Of a stretch of 64,000 nucleotides of DNA, positions 9,860-20,464 are shown in pieces. Under the pieces are notes generated by a model that saw only the letters and a list, made by a program, of their open reading frames with translations, had not been told where the DNA came from and ran no database searches. This DNA is from Waterburya sp. GTDB taxonomy: Bacteria; Cyanobacteriota; Cyanobacteriia; Cyanobacteriales; Xenococcaceae. The translations under genes and the position numbers were made by a program. Where the stretch lies: NCBI GenBank assembly GCA_965217895.1, contig CBDCJV010000002.1, forward strand, positions 3,104,001-3,168,000, given 5' to 3'. Within the stretch, counting starts at the first letter, position 1; each line of letters opens with the position of its first letter.

Positions 9860-11074
9860 TTATAATGTCTTGCTTTGATGTAATTTATCACTATAAATAT
9901 TTGTTAAATTCTTAGCACTTGTTTCAATATTGAATGGACTATCTTTTTGTAGAGCAGATAGAGCTTCAATTTGCTTGAGTTTGAAGTCTGTTTTGTTTAA
10001 AGCTAAAATTGATTCTGCCCATTCTATAGGGGATTGAGATAAAGATAAACGATGTAATAATGGCTTAACTACATCTGCTGCTTCTGGTACTACATCAGAA
10101 ATGACACAGGGTAGTCCTGCTGCTTGTGCCTCGATCAATACTAGTCCTAATCCTTCGTAAAGCGATGGAAACACAAACACATCCATTGCGCCAAGCATTA
10201 TTCGAGGTACATCTGGACGCACTCCAGTCAAGACAACTTTGTCTGTCAAACCTAGTTTGGCTAATTCCTGCTCGATTGGCGATCGCAATGAACCATCTCC
10301 CACCAACAAAAGACAAATCTTAGATTCTCGCCGAGCAATTTCAGCAACTATTTCAATTAAAAAATGATGATTTTTTTGGGGTTCAAATCTACCAACGTGA
10401 CCAATTACAAAAGCATCTTGACGAATACCTAATTCTGAACGAACCCTAACAGGATCTACTGGTTCTTGAAAAAGACTCATATCTAGACCACAATAAAGAA
10501 TTTGCCAACGGCGATCGCTTTGCCAATGCTGACCAAATAAGTCTACTGCTGCTTGCTGGCTACAGGCTAAACCAACTGTAGCATAATTAGATATCCATGA
10601 TTTCATCAAGACGGAATAAAAACGTTTTTTCCACCCACCTTGACTAATTGTAGAGGTATCGTTGTGAGAATGAGAAATCCGAATGGGAACACCAGCTTGA
10701 TGGGCTATACGAAGAATCTGACCATCAAAATAATGAACGTGACTGTGAACTACATCATAAGCACCATACTGCTGCAATACTTGTTGAAAATTTGCTGCGT
10801 AAGTCCACCAGAGTCTTGATGGATGAGGTAAATAAGGAGAGGCAATAATCCGACAGCCAAAAGAACGAATTTCATCATCATAGTCACAGGGTTCTAGGGC
10901 ATGCACCATAAAATCTATTTGGAATAAATTACGGTCAATATTACGTAAAACGTGCATCAACCACGTTTCAATACCTCCTCGATTCATACTACCGACAACA
11001 TTGAGTATTTTAATCGGGCGAACCTTTGGTGATTTCTCTTTACAAGATGAGTCTATTGATTTTGTATAGTTCAT
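9860..11074 (-). CDS. GT4 glycosyltransferase (EpsF/CapH-like)
   Basis: MNRGGIET, HVGRFEPQKNH and EGLGLVLIEAQAAG motifs. Confidence 0.9.
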   Translation of the reverse strand: MNYTKSIDSSCKEKSPKVRPIKILNVVGSMNRGGIETWLMHVLRNIDRNLFQIDFMVHALEPCDYDDEIRSFGCRIIASPYLPHPSRLWWTYAANFQQVLQQYGAYDVVHSHVHYFDGQILRIAHQAGVPIRISHSHNDTSTISQGGWKKRFYSVLMKSWISNYATVGLACSQQAAVDLFGQHWQSDRRWQILYCGLDMSLFQEPVDPVRVRSELGIRQDAFVIGHVGRFEPQKNHHFLIEIVAEIARRESKICLLLVGDGSLRSPIEQELAKLGLTDKVVLTGVRPDVPRIMLGAMDVFVFPSLYEGLGLVLIEAQAAGLPCVISDVVPEAADVVKPLLHRLSLSQSPIEWAESILALNKTDFKLKQIEALSALQKDSPFNIETSAKNLTNIYSDKLHQSKTL

Positions 11075-11177
11075 ATATTTTCTTTTTTTTATTAACTGTT
11101 TTTTTATAAATAAAATTTTTTTGTTTATAGACTAGTTTTGTCCACTTGAAGATTAGACCTCAAATAAATATCAAATT

Positions 11178-12026
11178 CTATTTAAAAATATGCTTCAAAT
11201 GAGAATGTTTAAGAATTTCAAATCGTGCTGCAAATGCTTGATTTTTTAATAAATAAATAGTCATTTGTAGAAAATAGATCGACAAAAAAGCGATTAACTT
11301 TATAAAATTGGGAGAAATATTTTTATACCGTTCTATTCCTACATATAGCCTAGCAGCTTCAATATAAATATCGTATTTAGTTAATTTTCCCACCTTTTCA
11401 GCATTAAGAGTGCTTTTACCTGCCCTAGTATCTATCACCTTTAGCTCTGGGCAATGTAAAATCTCAAAGCCATTGGCGATCGCTTTTAAACACAACAAAG
11501 CATCTTCATAGCCAAAAAATATTTTTTCATCCCATTTTTCTATTTGGAAAAAAGCAGCGGGAAAAACCGCAGTATGAAGATCTACACAGAAAGGATTTTT
11601 ACTAGGACGAAAAAAACCGCGAAAAGAAAGTTTCGTCGGTTTACCTCCTGTTAAAAAGGTACGCTTTCTTGCTTCAGGAGTCATAGTCTGATATCTTGCT
11701 TTGGCTTTAGCGATAAAGTTAAATTCAACACGAATATCATCATCAATAAATGCCACAAAATCAGTGGTCGGTAGTGCCTGAAAAGCGCAGTTGCGATTCG
11801 CACATACTCCTGTATGAGAGCCAATGACATAAATAGTTTGAGGATATTGCTTAACAATATTTTGATTTTGCTGCTGAGTCTTTAAATCCCCTGAATCGTC
11901 AGCCACTACAACGCAATCTGGCTTAACAATAGAATTCCAGAGTGAAAACAAGCAATTATCTAGCTCTTGAGGGGCATTCATCGTAGTTATACAAGCGGAC
12001 AAGTTTATTTGGTCGTTTTTCTCCAT
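11178..12026 (-). CDS. GT2 family glycosyltransferase
   Basis: VVVADDS, FIDDD and GYED motifs. Confidence 0.85.
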   Translation of the reverse strand: MEKNDQINLSACITTMNAPQELDNCLFSLWNSIVKPDCVVVADDSGDLKTQQQNQNIVKQYPQTIYVIGSHTGVCANRNCAFQALPTTDFVAFIDDDIRVEFNFIAKAKARYQTMTPEARKRTFLTGGKPTKLSFRGFFRPSKNPFCVDLHTAVFPAAFFQIEKWDEKIFFGYEDALLCLKAIANGFEILHCPELKVIDTRAGKSTLNAEKVGKLTKYDIYIEAARLYVGIERYKNISPNFIKLIAFLSIYFLQMTIYLLKNQAFAARFEILKHSHLKHIFK

Positions 12027-12035
12027 AGTATTGCC

Positions 12036-13202
12036 TCATTTATTGGCTAAGAATTGTTTCTGCTTTAATGCCTTCTCGTATAAAGCAAGGGTTTTTTGGG
12101 CAATACTTTTCCAGCTATACTTTTGAGCCTTGTTATAAGCATTTTGACGCAGGCGATCGAGTTCGGCGCGATCGCCAATTAATTTTTCTAGTGCCGTTTC
12201 TATAGCTTTACTGTCTCGAAGAGGAATAATCAAACCATCTTCCGAGTCGTCAATAATGTCTAACTGTCCGCTGGTAGCGGTGGTAACTGGAGCTAGTCCA
12301 CAAGCCATAGCTTCAATCAAAGCCAAGCTAAAACCTTCTGATAAAGAAGGAAAAAGTTTTATATGATGATCTTTAAGAAGTTGAGGTAATTGTTTGTGAT
12401 CAAAACGGGGTATTACCTCAATGCGATCGCGAATAAGGGGATCGAAATCCGCATAAACTCGATCAACGCTGGTACATTCTTTACAGGCTGTTCCCAAAAA
12501 GCTCATTTCAACATTGGGATAGCGAAATAAAATGTTATTTAATGCAGGAACACTAAATTTTATTCCTTTGCGGGGAATAAAGGTGCTTACTTGAGCGATA
12601 CGGATAGTCGTATCTACTTCAGTTATTGGCTTAAAAGCAAGATGCAGCAGATAGTCAGGAATACCGTTGGCTACAGTATGAATTTTGTCTGGACTAATAC
12701 CCAAAACTTCTACTGCATATTTATATTCTTCGCTATTCAAAAGACAAATTAAATCTGCGTGATGCAATGACTGGGCAACTTCCCACAGATAAATACTTCC
12801 ACGATACATCCCATATTTCCAACTCAAGGACATATCTCCCCTAGCTTGATCGGCTTTTTTCTGGAGATGACTTATATGTTCTAGACCATGACTTCTGGTG
12901 ACTAATAAAGGAGCATAAACCTGAAACTTGGACAACCATTTAGCCCAAAACCAGAGATCGCGAGTAGAAGCATCTACAACATCAATCTTTTTCTTGCTAT
13001 TTTGCATCCATAAAAACCCAGCAACCCAAAAAGGAAAGGTCAAAAATTTAAGAATGTTAGGCAACTTTTTAGGTAAATTATCAAAAGAATAGTAATTTAC
13101 CTGATGTCCTAATTTCTGATACTCTTTACCTAGTTTTAGGGTCGCACCAGAAGCTCCTGCATTGGGGTCAAGATAGTGGTGAATAACAAACAAAACATTC
13201 AT
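12036..13202 (-). CDS. GT4 family glycosyltransferase
   Basis: PRKG and EGFSLALIEAMACG motifs. Confidence 0.9.
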   Translation of the reverse strand: MNVLFVIHHYLDPNAGASGATLKLGKEYQKLGHQVNYYSFDNLPKKLPNILKFLTFPFWVAGFLWMQNSKKKIDVVDASTRDLWFWAKWLSKFQVYAPLLVTRSHGLEHISHLQKKADQARGDMSLSWKYGMYRGSIYLWEVAQSLHHADLICLLNSEEYKYAVEVLGISPDKIHTVANGIPDYLLHLAFKPITEVDTTIRIAQVSTFIPRKGIKFSVPALNNILFRYPNVEMSFLGTACKECTSVDRVYADFDPLIRDRIEVIPRFDHKQLPQLLKDHHIKLFPSLSEGFSLALIEAMACGLAPVTTATSGQLDIIDDSEDGLIIPLRDSKAIETALEKLIGDRAELDRLRQNAYNKAQKYSWKSIAQKTLALYEKALKQKQFLANK

Positions 13203-13299
13203 TTTATTATAAGTTTGGTTCTAATTTAATTTCGAACAAAAAACGGTTTTAAAAAATCCTAGTTGCGACCGGGGCAATATCGGAGCATTGCAATCACGA

Positions 13300-14649
13300 C
13301 TATGATTTGAAATTAATCGGTAAAGCTTGCAACATAAAGCGAAAATCCTCTTTTTGCAGCATCAATCCTGGTAACTTTACCTTCAAAACTAAGGGATAGC
13401 AGACTAAAATAAATATTAGTCTAACTATTGATGACAGTAGTAAAGCTAGTCCCGCGCCTTCCATTCCATATAAAGGAATCAAAAATAACATCAACGGCCA
13501 ATTAAGTGCCAAACCAACACATTGTAAAATTGTCACGATGCCAGGTTTACCCAGAGCCATGAATGCCTGAGCATAAACCCAAGTAGTGCTATTAATTGTA
13601 ATATCTACCAGCAAAATTCTTAGAACCAAGGTTGCTTGAAGAAACTCCGCACCATAAAGTAACTTCAACAATATAGGCCCTAAAATGATTCCTCCGATAG
13701 CCCCCAAAGAGGCAAGAAAAATACTAATTCTGGCTGCTTTTGTGGTCAACTCGACAACTTCGTCTTTTGGTCTAGCAGCAGCTTTTGGTAACAAAACTAC
13801 CACAATTGAACTTTGTATTATGTTGAGCATTCGAGAAATACTGAGAGCTACAGTATACATCCCCATAATTTCGGAACTGAGCATTCCTACTACCAGTGCT
13901 TGACCGAGATACATGGAAAACACCCCGATCAGATCTACTCCATAGGAACGTAATCCATAACTAATTAATCTTTGATAAGCCTTGCCCAATCCCTGCCAAC
14001 GAGGACGAAATTTTTTCCAGAGGTAGATTAGCGTCCAAGCTAACATGGGAATAAGAGGGAGCAGATAAGATAATCCTGCAGTTAAAGGGGTTAATTTACC
14101 TAATAATGCCAGAGTAATTAAACTGATTACGGTAAATAGAGGTGACAAGTAGCGTAGCTGATTAGCAATGGTAAATTCGCCACGAGCTTCCAAAGCCGAC
14201 ATAAATATTAGCGTCAGTAAAGAGGCTGGAGCAAACAACATAAATAATTGGGCAATCAGAATTACTCTAGGTGAGTAGTGAGACAGCCAATAGGGTAAAA
14301 AGATGACACCAATCAACGTTGCCAAACATCCCAAACCCGTTCCTAAAATCAAGACTGCTGTAAAAAGAGCCGACTTTTCTTTGGGATAACGTTTAAAATT
14401 GTAGATTAATGCTGATGGTAATCCCAAAGTTAACATTTGGGCGATAAACTGTGGCCAAAGAATGATCGTAGCCTGTATGCCTCTACCTTCAGGACCGAGG
14501 CTTCTGGCTGTAATAACCCCCGTTGCGATATTTATAACAAGAATCAAAACTCTTGATATCAAAGTTTGGATCGCAGCAGCTTTTCCGCTTTTCGCTTGCC
14601 AAATTGAAACTAAAAACTTACTTGATACCTCTTTTAAATTCAAATTCAT
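13300..14649 (-). CDS. wzx: Wzx oligosaccharide flippase (MOP superfamily)
   Basis: ARSLGPEGRG motif, about 12 TM segments, LIPLYGMEGAGLA. Confidence 0.85.
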   Translation of the reverse strand: MNLNLKEVSSKFLVSIWQAKSGKAAAIQTLISRVLILVINIATGVITARSLGPEGRGIQATIILWPQFIAQMLTLGLPSALIYNFKRYPKEKSALFTAVLILGTGLGCLATLIGVIFLPYWLSHYSPRVILIAQLFMLFAPASLLTLIFMSALEARGEFTIANQLRYLSPLFTVISLITLALLGKLTPLTAGLSYLLPLIPMLAWTLIYLWKKFRPRWQGLGKAYQRLISYGLRSYGVDLIGVFSMYLGQALVVGMLSSEIMGMYTVALSISRMLNIIQSSIVVVLLPKAAARPKDEVVELTTKAARISIFLASLGAIGGIILGPILLKLLYGAEFLQATLVLRILLVDITINSTTWVYAQAFMALGKPGIVTILQCVGLALNWPLMLFLIPLYGMEGAGLALLLSSIVRLIFILVCYPLVLKVKLPGLMLQKEDFRFMLQALPINFKS

Positions 14650-14732
14650 CCCCTATGAAAAATTTTGCATTGAATAAAACTTATGAAAACAGAGGTTTGG
14701 CGGTACAAATATAGAGATATAAACTGCTAGTT

Positions 14733-15662
14733 TTACAGTCTAGAAGTGCCTAAACCCAAATTTTCCAGCCATAATTTAGTCAGAGTTTTAATTTTAGATA
14801 CTGGTCTATCTTCCCAGGGATTTTGCCACACCAAGCGACTTAGCTGCCAGAGGTTATGCTCTTTTCCCAACTTGTATTGTAGCCACTGGTAAGGCCAGCG
14901 ATCGCTTAAACTAATCTTGAAGTCTAAATTATGTTGTTTTAAAGTGTGATTAACGTTATCTACTCTCAGACGATCGTGTTCAACTGCCCGCTGCCATTGA
15001 TTATCTTCTTTACTCCAATTATTTGAATCATGAATGCGAAACTGAGATAAAACTCGATCAATACCAACTACCTCGCCAAAAAAGGGGGCTAGATCCGCTA
15101 GGTAAGCATCCGCGCAAAGCCGATATTCTTCTTCAGGTATATCCATCGCTGTAGTAAGAAACTGGCGAGAAAAACTTAATGCCGTAGAAGGAGGAAAAGG
15201 CCACCAACCACCAGATCGCTCGACCAAATTACCTACATTTCCTACAATAGATTTATAAGGCGGCCAGGGTTCACCCAAAGGAATAGAGCTTTGATTTATA
15301 TTTTGAACTTTGTGATACACTACCGTAGCCTGGGGATGATTGTTAAAAGCGGTGACTACTTCTTCTACTTTTGACGGTAGCCACAGATCGTCAGCATCCA
15401 AGAGACAAACAATTTCTCCTCTACTAACAGCAAAACCAGCATTTATTGCCGAAGCTTGTCCGCCATTGTTTTTAAAAACGGGAATAATACTATCTTTATA
15501 GCTATTAATTATTTGGCGAGAATTGTCTGTAGAACCATCGTCTACAACAATTATTTCAGTATGAGGATAGGTTTGATTAAAAGCATTATTAATTACCAAG
15601 GCTAAATAGCGATTGTAGTTGAAGTTATTAATTAAAATACTAACTAAAGGAGTAGATTTCAT
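14733..15662 (-). CDS. GT2 family glycosyltransferase
   Basis: IIVVDDGSTD, NGGQASA and LDADD motifs. Confidence 0.9.
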   Translation of the reverse strand: MKSTPLVSILINNFNYNRYLALVINNAFNQTYPHTEIIVVDDGSTDNSRQIINSYKDSIIPVFKNNGGQASAINAGFAVSRGEIVCLLDADDLWLPSKVEEVVTAFNNHPQATVVYHKVQNINQSSIPLGEPWPPYKSIVGNVGNLVERSGGWWPFPPSTALSFSRQFLTTAMDIPEEEYRLCADAYLADLAPFFGEVVGIDRVLSQFRIHDSNNWSKEDNQWQRAVEHDRLRVDNVNHTLKQHNLDFKISLSDRWPYQWLQYKLGKEHNLWQLSRLVWQNPWEDRPVSKIKTLTKLWLENLGLGTSRL

Positions 15663-15737
15663 TTATTACATCTTTATGTATTAGGCAATGGATATTAGCT
15701 GTAATTAGTTATCAAGATAATTAATCGAAGTAGAAAT

Positions 15738-16520
15738 CTATAAAAACAGACTTATTATGGCTACTATTAAAGCGACAACAGCAACGGCACTAACAATCAT
15801 TAAATATTTACGAAAATATTTAATACGGTTATTAACATTGTGAATATAGGCTAATTGTCCTTCTACCAAAGTCTGAATTCGGCTAATCTCGCTCGACTGT
15901 TGCTTTGATTCTTTGACCGATATACGAAGATCGTCAAGCATACATTCGACATTCGATTTGAAGCTAATAATTTCTTCGGATAGTTCTCCTTGTTCATTTT
16001 CTAGCTTGCCAAAACATTGTTTTATGTTGGCTTCTGTATGTTCAAATTGGTTAAGTTTTTGCTGTACTTGATGTACATAATTTTTGATATCTTGTTTAAC
16101 CTGATTAATTTGCATTATGCTCTCCGTTATTTCTAGTTTCGGTGATGCCATATAACTTTCTTGGTAAACTTGGCGAATTTGCTCGATGATCTCTTTCGCC
16201 TTTGCAGTCTTGGTGATATAACTTTTTGCTCCAGCATTGATAGCATCAAGACGATCTGATTCTCGATCGCTACCACTGAGAATAATTACTTTAGTTTCTG
16301 GATAATTTTGGATAATTTTTTCGGTTGCCTTTAAACCATCCATAACTGGCATATTTATGTCAATCAAGGCAATATCTGGACGTAATATGTCAATTTTTTC
16401 TATGGCTAACTCACCATTATTTGCTCGCCCAACTATTTCTAAATCTGGTTCTGTTTCTAGTGAGGTTTGTAAAATTTCACATAAGAGATCTTGGTCATCT
16501 GCTAATAAAATACGAATCAT
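15738..16520 (-). CDS. Response regulator: receiver domain + coiled coil + C-terminal TM helix
   Basis: LADD, IDINMP (phospho-Asp), YITK; heptad-rich middle; hydrophobic tail LMIVSAVAVVALIVAIISLFL. Confidence 0.8.
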   Translation of the reverse strand: MIRILLADDQDLLCEILQTSLETEPDLEIVGRANNGELAIEKIDILRPDIALIDINMPVMDGLKATEKIIQNYPETKVIILSGSDRESDRLDAINAGAKSYITKTAKAKEIIEQIRQVYQESYMASPKLEITESIMQINQVKQDIKNYVHQVQQKLNQFEHTEANIKQCFGKLENEQGELSEEIISFKSNVECMLDDLRISVKESKQQSSEISRIQTLVEGQLAYIHNVNNRIKYFRKYLMIVSAVAVVALIVAIISLFL

Positions 16521-16603
16521 TATAAATATTGAAAAATAAAGTGTTGTTTTAAATTTTTTGGCTGTTAAAACTTAGTATTATAGTTGTATAGATAATTGTA
16601 TTA

Positions 16604-18847
16604 TTAATTTTTGGCAGGTGGAAGTTCTTTAAGCATTGATTCCCATTGTGGTTGATATGTTTTTTGCAGTTTGGCTTCGCTAGCTTCACCACCATCGGCA
16701 ACGATTCCCAGTATGTTGAACTGACTCAAAAGAGCATTGGCTTCTGATAACTTCGATTTAGTAATACGATTAATTTTTTCGATTAAAACCACTCCCTGAC
16801 AATACTGAGCAGTTTGCAGCACGTCTATATAATCTAAAACAGGAGGAGAACTTAACAGCACTAAGTCGTAGTTGCGTTTGAAAGCCGACATTAATCCTCT
16901 AATCCTAGAAGAATTAAGTAGCTTAATCGGATCGCTTACACTAGAACCCGCCGTGAGAACATCCACCTCTTCGTTTAGTAGTGAAACGGTTTGAATATGG
17001 GCATCGATAACTTCTCCCGTTAAAAATTCTGATAGTCCTCGTTCATTGCTCACCTCTAACTTCTCATGAAGATTAGGAAAACGAAAATTAGTATCAATTA
17101 GCAGTACTTTTTGACCAGTACGTATCGCGCTTGAAGCCAAGCCTAACATTAAAGCTAAAGTATCTACTCCTGATTCGATGGAGGTGACTAGTAATGATTG
17201 ACTTTTATCTAGACCTGACTGTTTGACATTTTGATAAATCAAATCTAGAGATTCTCTGAGAGGTCTGAGGTAAATAGCTTGTTCTACAGAACGATTGCGA
17301 TCGCTAAACTGATTTAATAATAGTTCTGAGTTTTGCTGATTGATGTTGTCGGCTGGTAGTTCGGGGATTACGCCCAACAAAGTTTGGGCAGATTCTTCTG
17401 CAAGCTGTTTAGGGCTGTGAACTGTATCATCTAAGATATCTCTGCCAAAAGCTGCACCAATTCCCAGAAATGAGCCAACTACTACCCCTGCTAATAGTGT
17501 TTTTAGCTTGCTAGGAGTTTCATCTTCCCCAAAGATAGGTGGTTCTACTACCTGCCACTTTAAGCCACCGCGATCAATCTCGATACTTAATTTTTGTCGA
17601 GCCGATAACAATTGTTGCACAGTGGCTTGTCGTACATCTACTTCTGGTTTAAGACGATTGTACTCGGCAATCAGATTAGGAAAACGGTCTAGTTCGGCTC
17701 GCAGTTGTTTTTCTGTTGCTGCCAAACTTTTTTCTTGAGCTTGAAGAGAATCTAATTGAACTTTTAATTTAGCCAACTGATTTGCAGCTTCTAAGTCATT
17801 ATCACCCATTTGCCCGTCTCTTAATAAGTTAGCTTCGGTTAGAGCCAAATTTTTAGGAACAACACCTAAAATATTTTGAGCTTCTGCTTTTAACATCGAG
17901 CGTTCTTTTTGCACTTGTTCTCTAAGATTCTCCACTACTGGATGATTTGACTTGAACTGAGCTTGTTTAGCATTTAGAGCTAGTTCGGTTTTTTGCATTT
18001 CTTCTAGTAGGGTTATATAGCGGGAAGATTGGCTGAGACGAGATGCTGCTGAAGCTTCTTGTGGAGTGCGCTCTAGCTGATTTTGCCAAGCTGTATACTG
18101 CGCTAAAGTGTTTTGATAATTTACTCTTACCTGACGCTTTTGAGCTTGAACGTCTTTGAGGTCTGCTGCTGCGCTGCTAGCCCTTTGCACGGGATCGATT
18201 AAGTTATAGTTTTTGCGAAAGTCTTCTAGGGCGTTTTCTGCTTGAGTTACTTTATTGCGGGCGATGGGTAATTGATTATTTATAAAAAATAGCCCCTGAG
18301 CCAACCTAGCTTGCTGTTGCTCGCGAGTGTAGTCTTGATAGACTTGAATGATAGTTTCTAGTACTTTTTTAGTTTTTTCGGGGTCATTGTCAAGATAGGT
18401 AGCCTCAAAAACCTTAGTCTTGATGCGATCGTCATCATAATCATCTCCTTGAACCTGTTCGATCTCAAAATTATCTTCCAAGGTATCTAGTTTTAAATTA
18501 GGATATTTAGAAATCAACGATTTTTGGACTTTTTTTAAGAGCTGCGTGCTGCGCATTACTTCTAGTTGAGTGGCATAGTCTTCTACCTCTACATCAGAGT
18601 CTTCGTAAGTATTTGTTTGCACCCCTGTTTCTTTGTTACGGTATACAGACTCAATCAATAGCTGAAAAGAACTTTCGTATACTGGTTCTTGAGTTAAAGC
18701 CAAAACCGTTGCCAATGACAAGGCTCCTCCTAAAATTCCTAAAAACCAGCTTCGTCGGCGAACTAAAGTAGATAAGAGTTTGCCATAACCTAAGTCAGCA
18801 TCTAACTCTACTTCTGGTACTTTATTTTCCTTAATTATTGCTGTCAT
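16604..18847 (-). CDS. wzc: Wzc/GumC polysaccharide co-polymerase with degenerate tyrosine-kinase domain
   Basis: Two TM segments flanking a long coiled coil (NHPVV motif), C-terminal P-loop-like domain with altered Walker motifs. Confidence 0.85.
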   Translation of the reverse strand: MTAIIKENKVPEVELDADLGYGKLLSTLVRRRSWFLGILGGALSLATVLALTQEPVYESSFQLLIESVYRNKETGVQTNTYEDSDVEVEDYATQLEVMRSTQLLKKVQKSLISKYPNLKLDTLEDNFEIEQVQGDDYDDDRIKTKVFEATYLDNDPEKTKKVLETIIQVYQDYTREQQQARLAQGLFFINNQLPIARNKVTQAENALEDFRKNYNLIDPVQRASSAAADLKDVQAQKRQVRVNYQNTLAQYTAWQNQLERTPQEASAASRLSQSSRYITLLEEMQKTELALNAKQAQFKSNHPVVENLREQVQKERSMLKAEAQNILGVVPKNLALTEANLLRDGQMGDNDLEAANQLAKLKVQLDSLQAQEKSLAATEKQLRAELDRFPNLIAEYNRLKPEVDVRQATVQQLLSARQKLSIEIDRGGLKWQVVEPPIFGEDETPSKLKTLLAGVVVGSFLGIGAAFGRDILDDTVHSPKQLAEESAQTLLGVIPELPADNINQQNSELLLNQFSDRNRSVEQAIYLRPLRESLDLIYQNVKQSGLDKSQSLLVTSIESGVDTLALMLGLASSAIRTGQKVLLIDTNFRFPNLHEKLEVSNERGLSEFLTGEVIDAHIQTVSLLNEEVDVLTAGSSVSDPIKLLNSSRIRGLMSAFKRNYDLVLLSSPPVLDYIDVLQTAQYCQGVVLIEKINRITKSKLSEANALLSQFNILGIVADGGEASEAKLQKTYQPQWESMLKELPPAKN

Positions 18848-18977
18848 TGTCCAAAACTAAACTATTGTATTTGTTTAATGTGATTTTAAAATTCGGTTAA
18901 TATTATCGTAATTTTTTGATGTATCCTGATTTTAAAAATCATTTGATTTTGCCGATTAGTTTCCGTCTCTTACTTTT

Positions 18978-20132
18978 CTAATTGAGACTGTTTCTGTTCA
19001 TTTCGATAGTTGGCTGTAACTGGCTCGGTTCGACGGAATCGGCAATAGAGCGATCGCAAACCGATTCAATGATTTTAGTTACTTTTTGAAAGAACACTAC
19101 TTCAGAGAAGTTAGATATGGCATGATGTCTGATTTGAGAGCTATCCCAGTTTATTTTTTCTGCTTCTAAAATTGCTTGTTTGAGATCTTCTACGGTTTGA
19201 GAACCAAAAAACACGCCAGTTTTGCCTGAGACTTGAGTATCTAGGACTCCTCCTGCGCCATAAGAAATTACTGGTGTACCGCTAGCGTTGGCTTCTACAG
19301 GTACTAAGCCATAATCTTCTAAAGCAGCGACTATTACTGTTCTGGCTTTTGCCATCAGTTCTCTTCTTCGGCGATCGCTAACATAACCGAGAAACTTAAT
19401 ATTATCGTTTGCCTGAGCCTCTAGATTTTTTCTCTCCGGACCGTCCCCAATAATTGACAATGGCAATTCTAATTGGTTGAAAGCTTCAATAATTACCGAG
19501 ACTTTTTTATAGCCAAATAGACGACAGGCAACTAGATAGTAATCATCTTTGCTATCTGAATAATGAAATTTTTCGCTGTCAATAGGATAATTAATCGTGA
19601 CTGACTTTCTGCCATAATACTGCTTAATTCTTTTGGCAACAGTAGTAGAATTGGCAATATACAAATCTGGTTCACCAGAACATTTTAAATCGGTTTTTCG
19701 CATGAGATCAAATATTCTCTCAATTAAAAAATCGTATTTTTTATAATTAGAATACTGCTGTAAATAAGTTTGGGTATCCCAGAGAAAACGAGTCACATTG
19801 TGACAAAAACAGATATGTTTCGCTGATTCTCTGGTACGAATAGCTTTTGCAAAACTACTGGTGCTACTAATCACTAGATCGTAGTCTCGTAAGTCTAAAG
19901 ACCTAAACGCTGAGTAGTATAGTGGAGCGAGTAAACGAAAGTACTTAGCTGATCCTGGTAAATACTGTAAAAATGTTACGTTTACTTTGCGGTTTTCCAA
20001 ATCAATAGTGTTATCTCGATCATAAACAGATGTATAAATATCGGCTTGAGGAAAGTAACTGCACAATAATTCAAATACTCTTTCTGCCCCTCCTCTTTGA
20101 GTTAAGTAGTCATGCACCAAGGCGATTTTCAT
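18978..20132 (-). CDS. GT4 glycosyltransferase (WbaZ-like)
   Basis: MKIALVHDYLTQRGGAERV and EDYGLVPVEA. Confidence 0.9.
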   Translation of the reverse strand: MKIALVHDYLTQRGGAERVFELLCSYFPQADIYTSVYDRDNTIDLENRKVNVTFLQYLPGSAKYFRLLAPLYYSAFRSLDLRDYDLVISSTSSFAKAIRTRESAKHICFCHNVTRFLWDTQTYLQQYSNYKKYDFLIERIFDLMRKTDLKCSGEPDLYIANSTTVAKRIKQYYGRKSVTINYPIDSEKFHYSDSKDDYYLVACRLFGYKKVSVIIEAFNQLELPLSIIGDGPERKNLEAQANDNIKFLGYVSDRRRRELMAKARTVIVAALEDYGLVPVEANASGTPVISYGAGGVLDTQVSGKTGVFFGSQTVEDLKQAILEAEKINWDSSQIRHHAISNFSEVVFFQKVTKIIESVCDRSIADSVEPSQLQPTIEMNRNSLN

Positions 20133-20464
20133 ATTATGTTTTGCTATTTAAACTGTGTTCAAATGACTTTTTATTGAGAAAAATCGCCTATTTTAGGCGG
20201 TTTATTAACAAATGCTAACTTTACCTAAGTAATAATACCAATAAAATTAGACATAAACCCGCTAAATTAAATACAAAATGATTAAAAAGTCTTTAAGCCT
20301 CTTCTCGCTAAAGTTAAATAATCATATACCAAGGCGGTTTTCAAATAATGCTAAATTTATTTAAGTAGTAATATCAATGAAATTATACGTAAATGCATGA
20401 AATCAAGTACAAAATTTAGGTCTGATTGAAAAACTCAAGCCCAAAATAAAATATCATTATCTTT

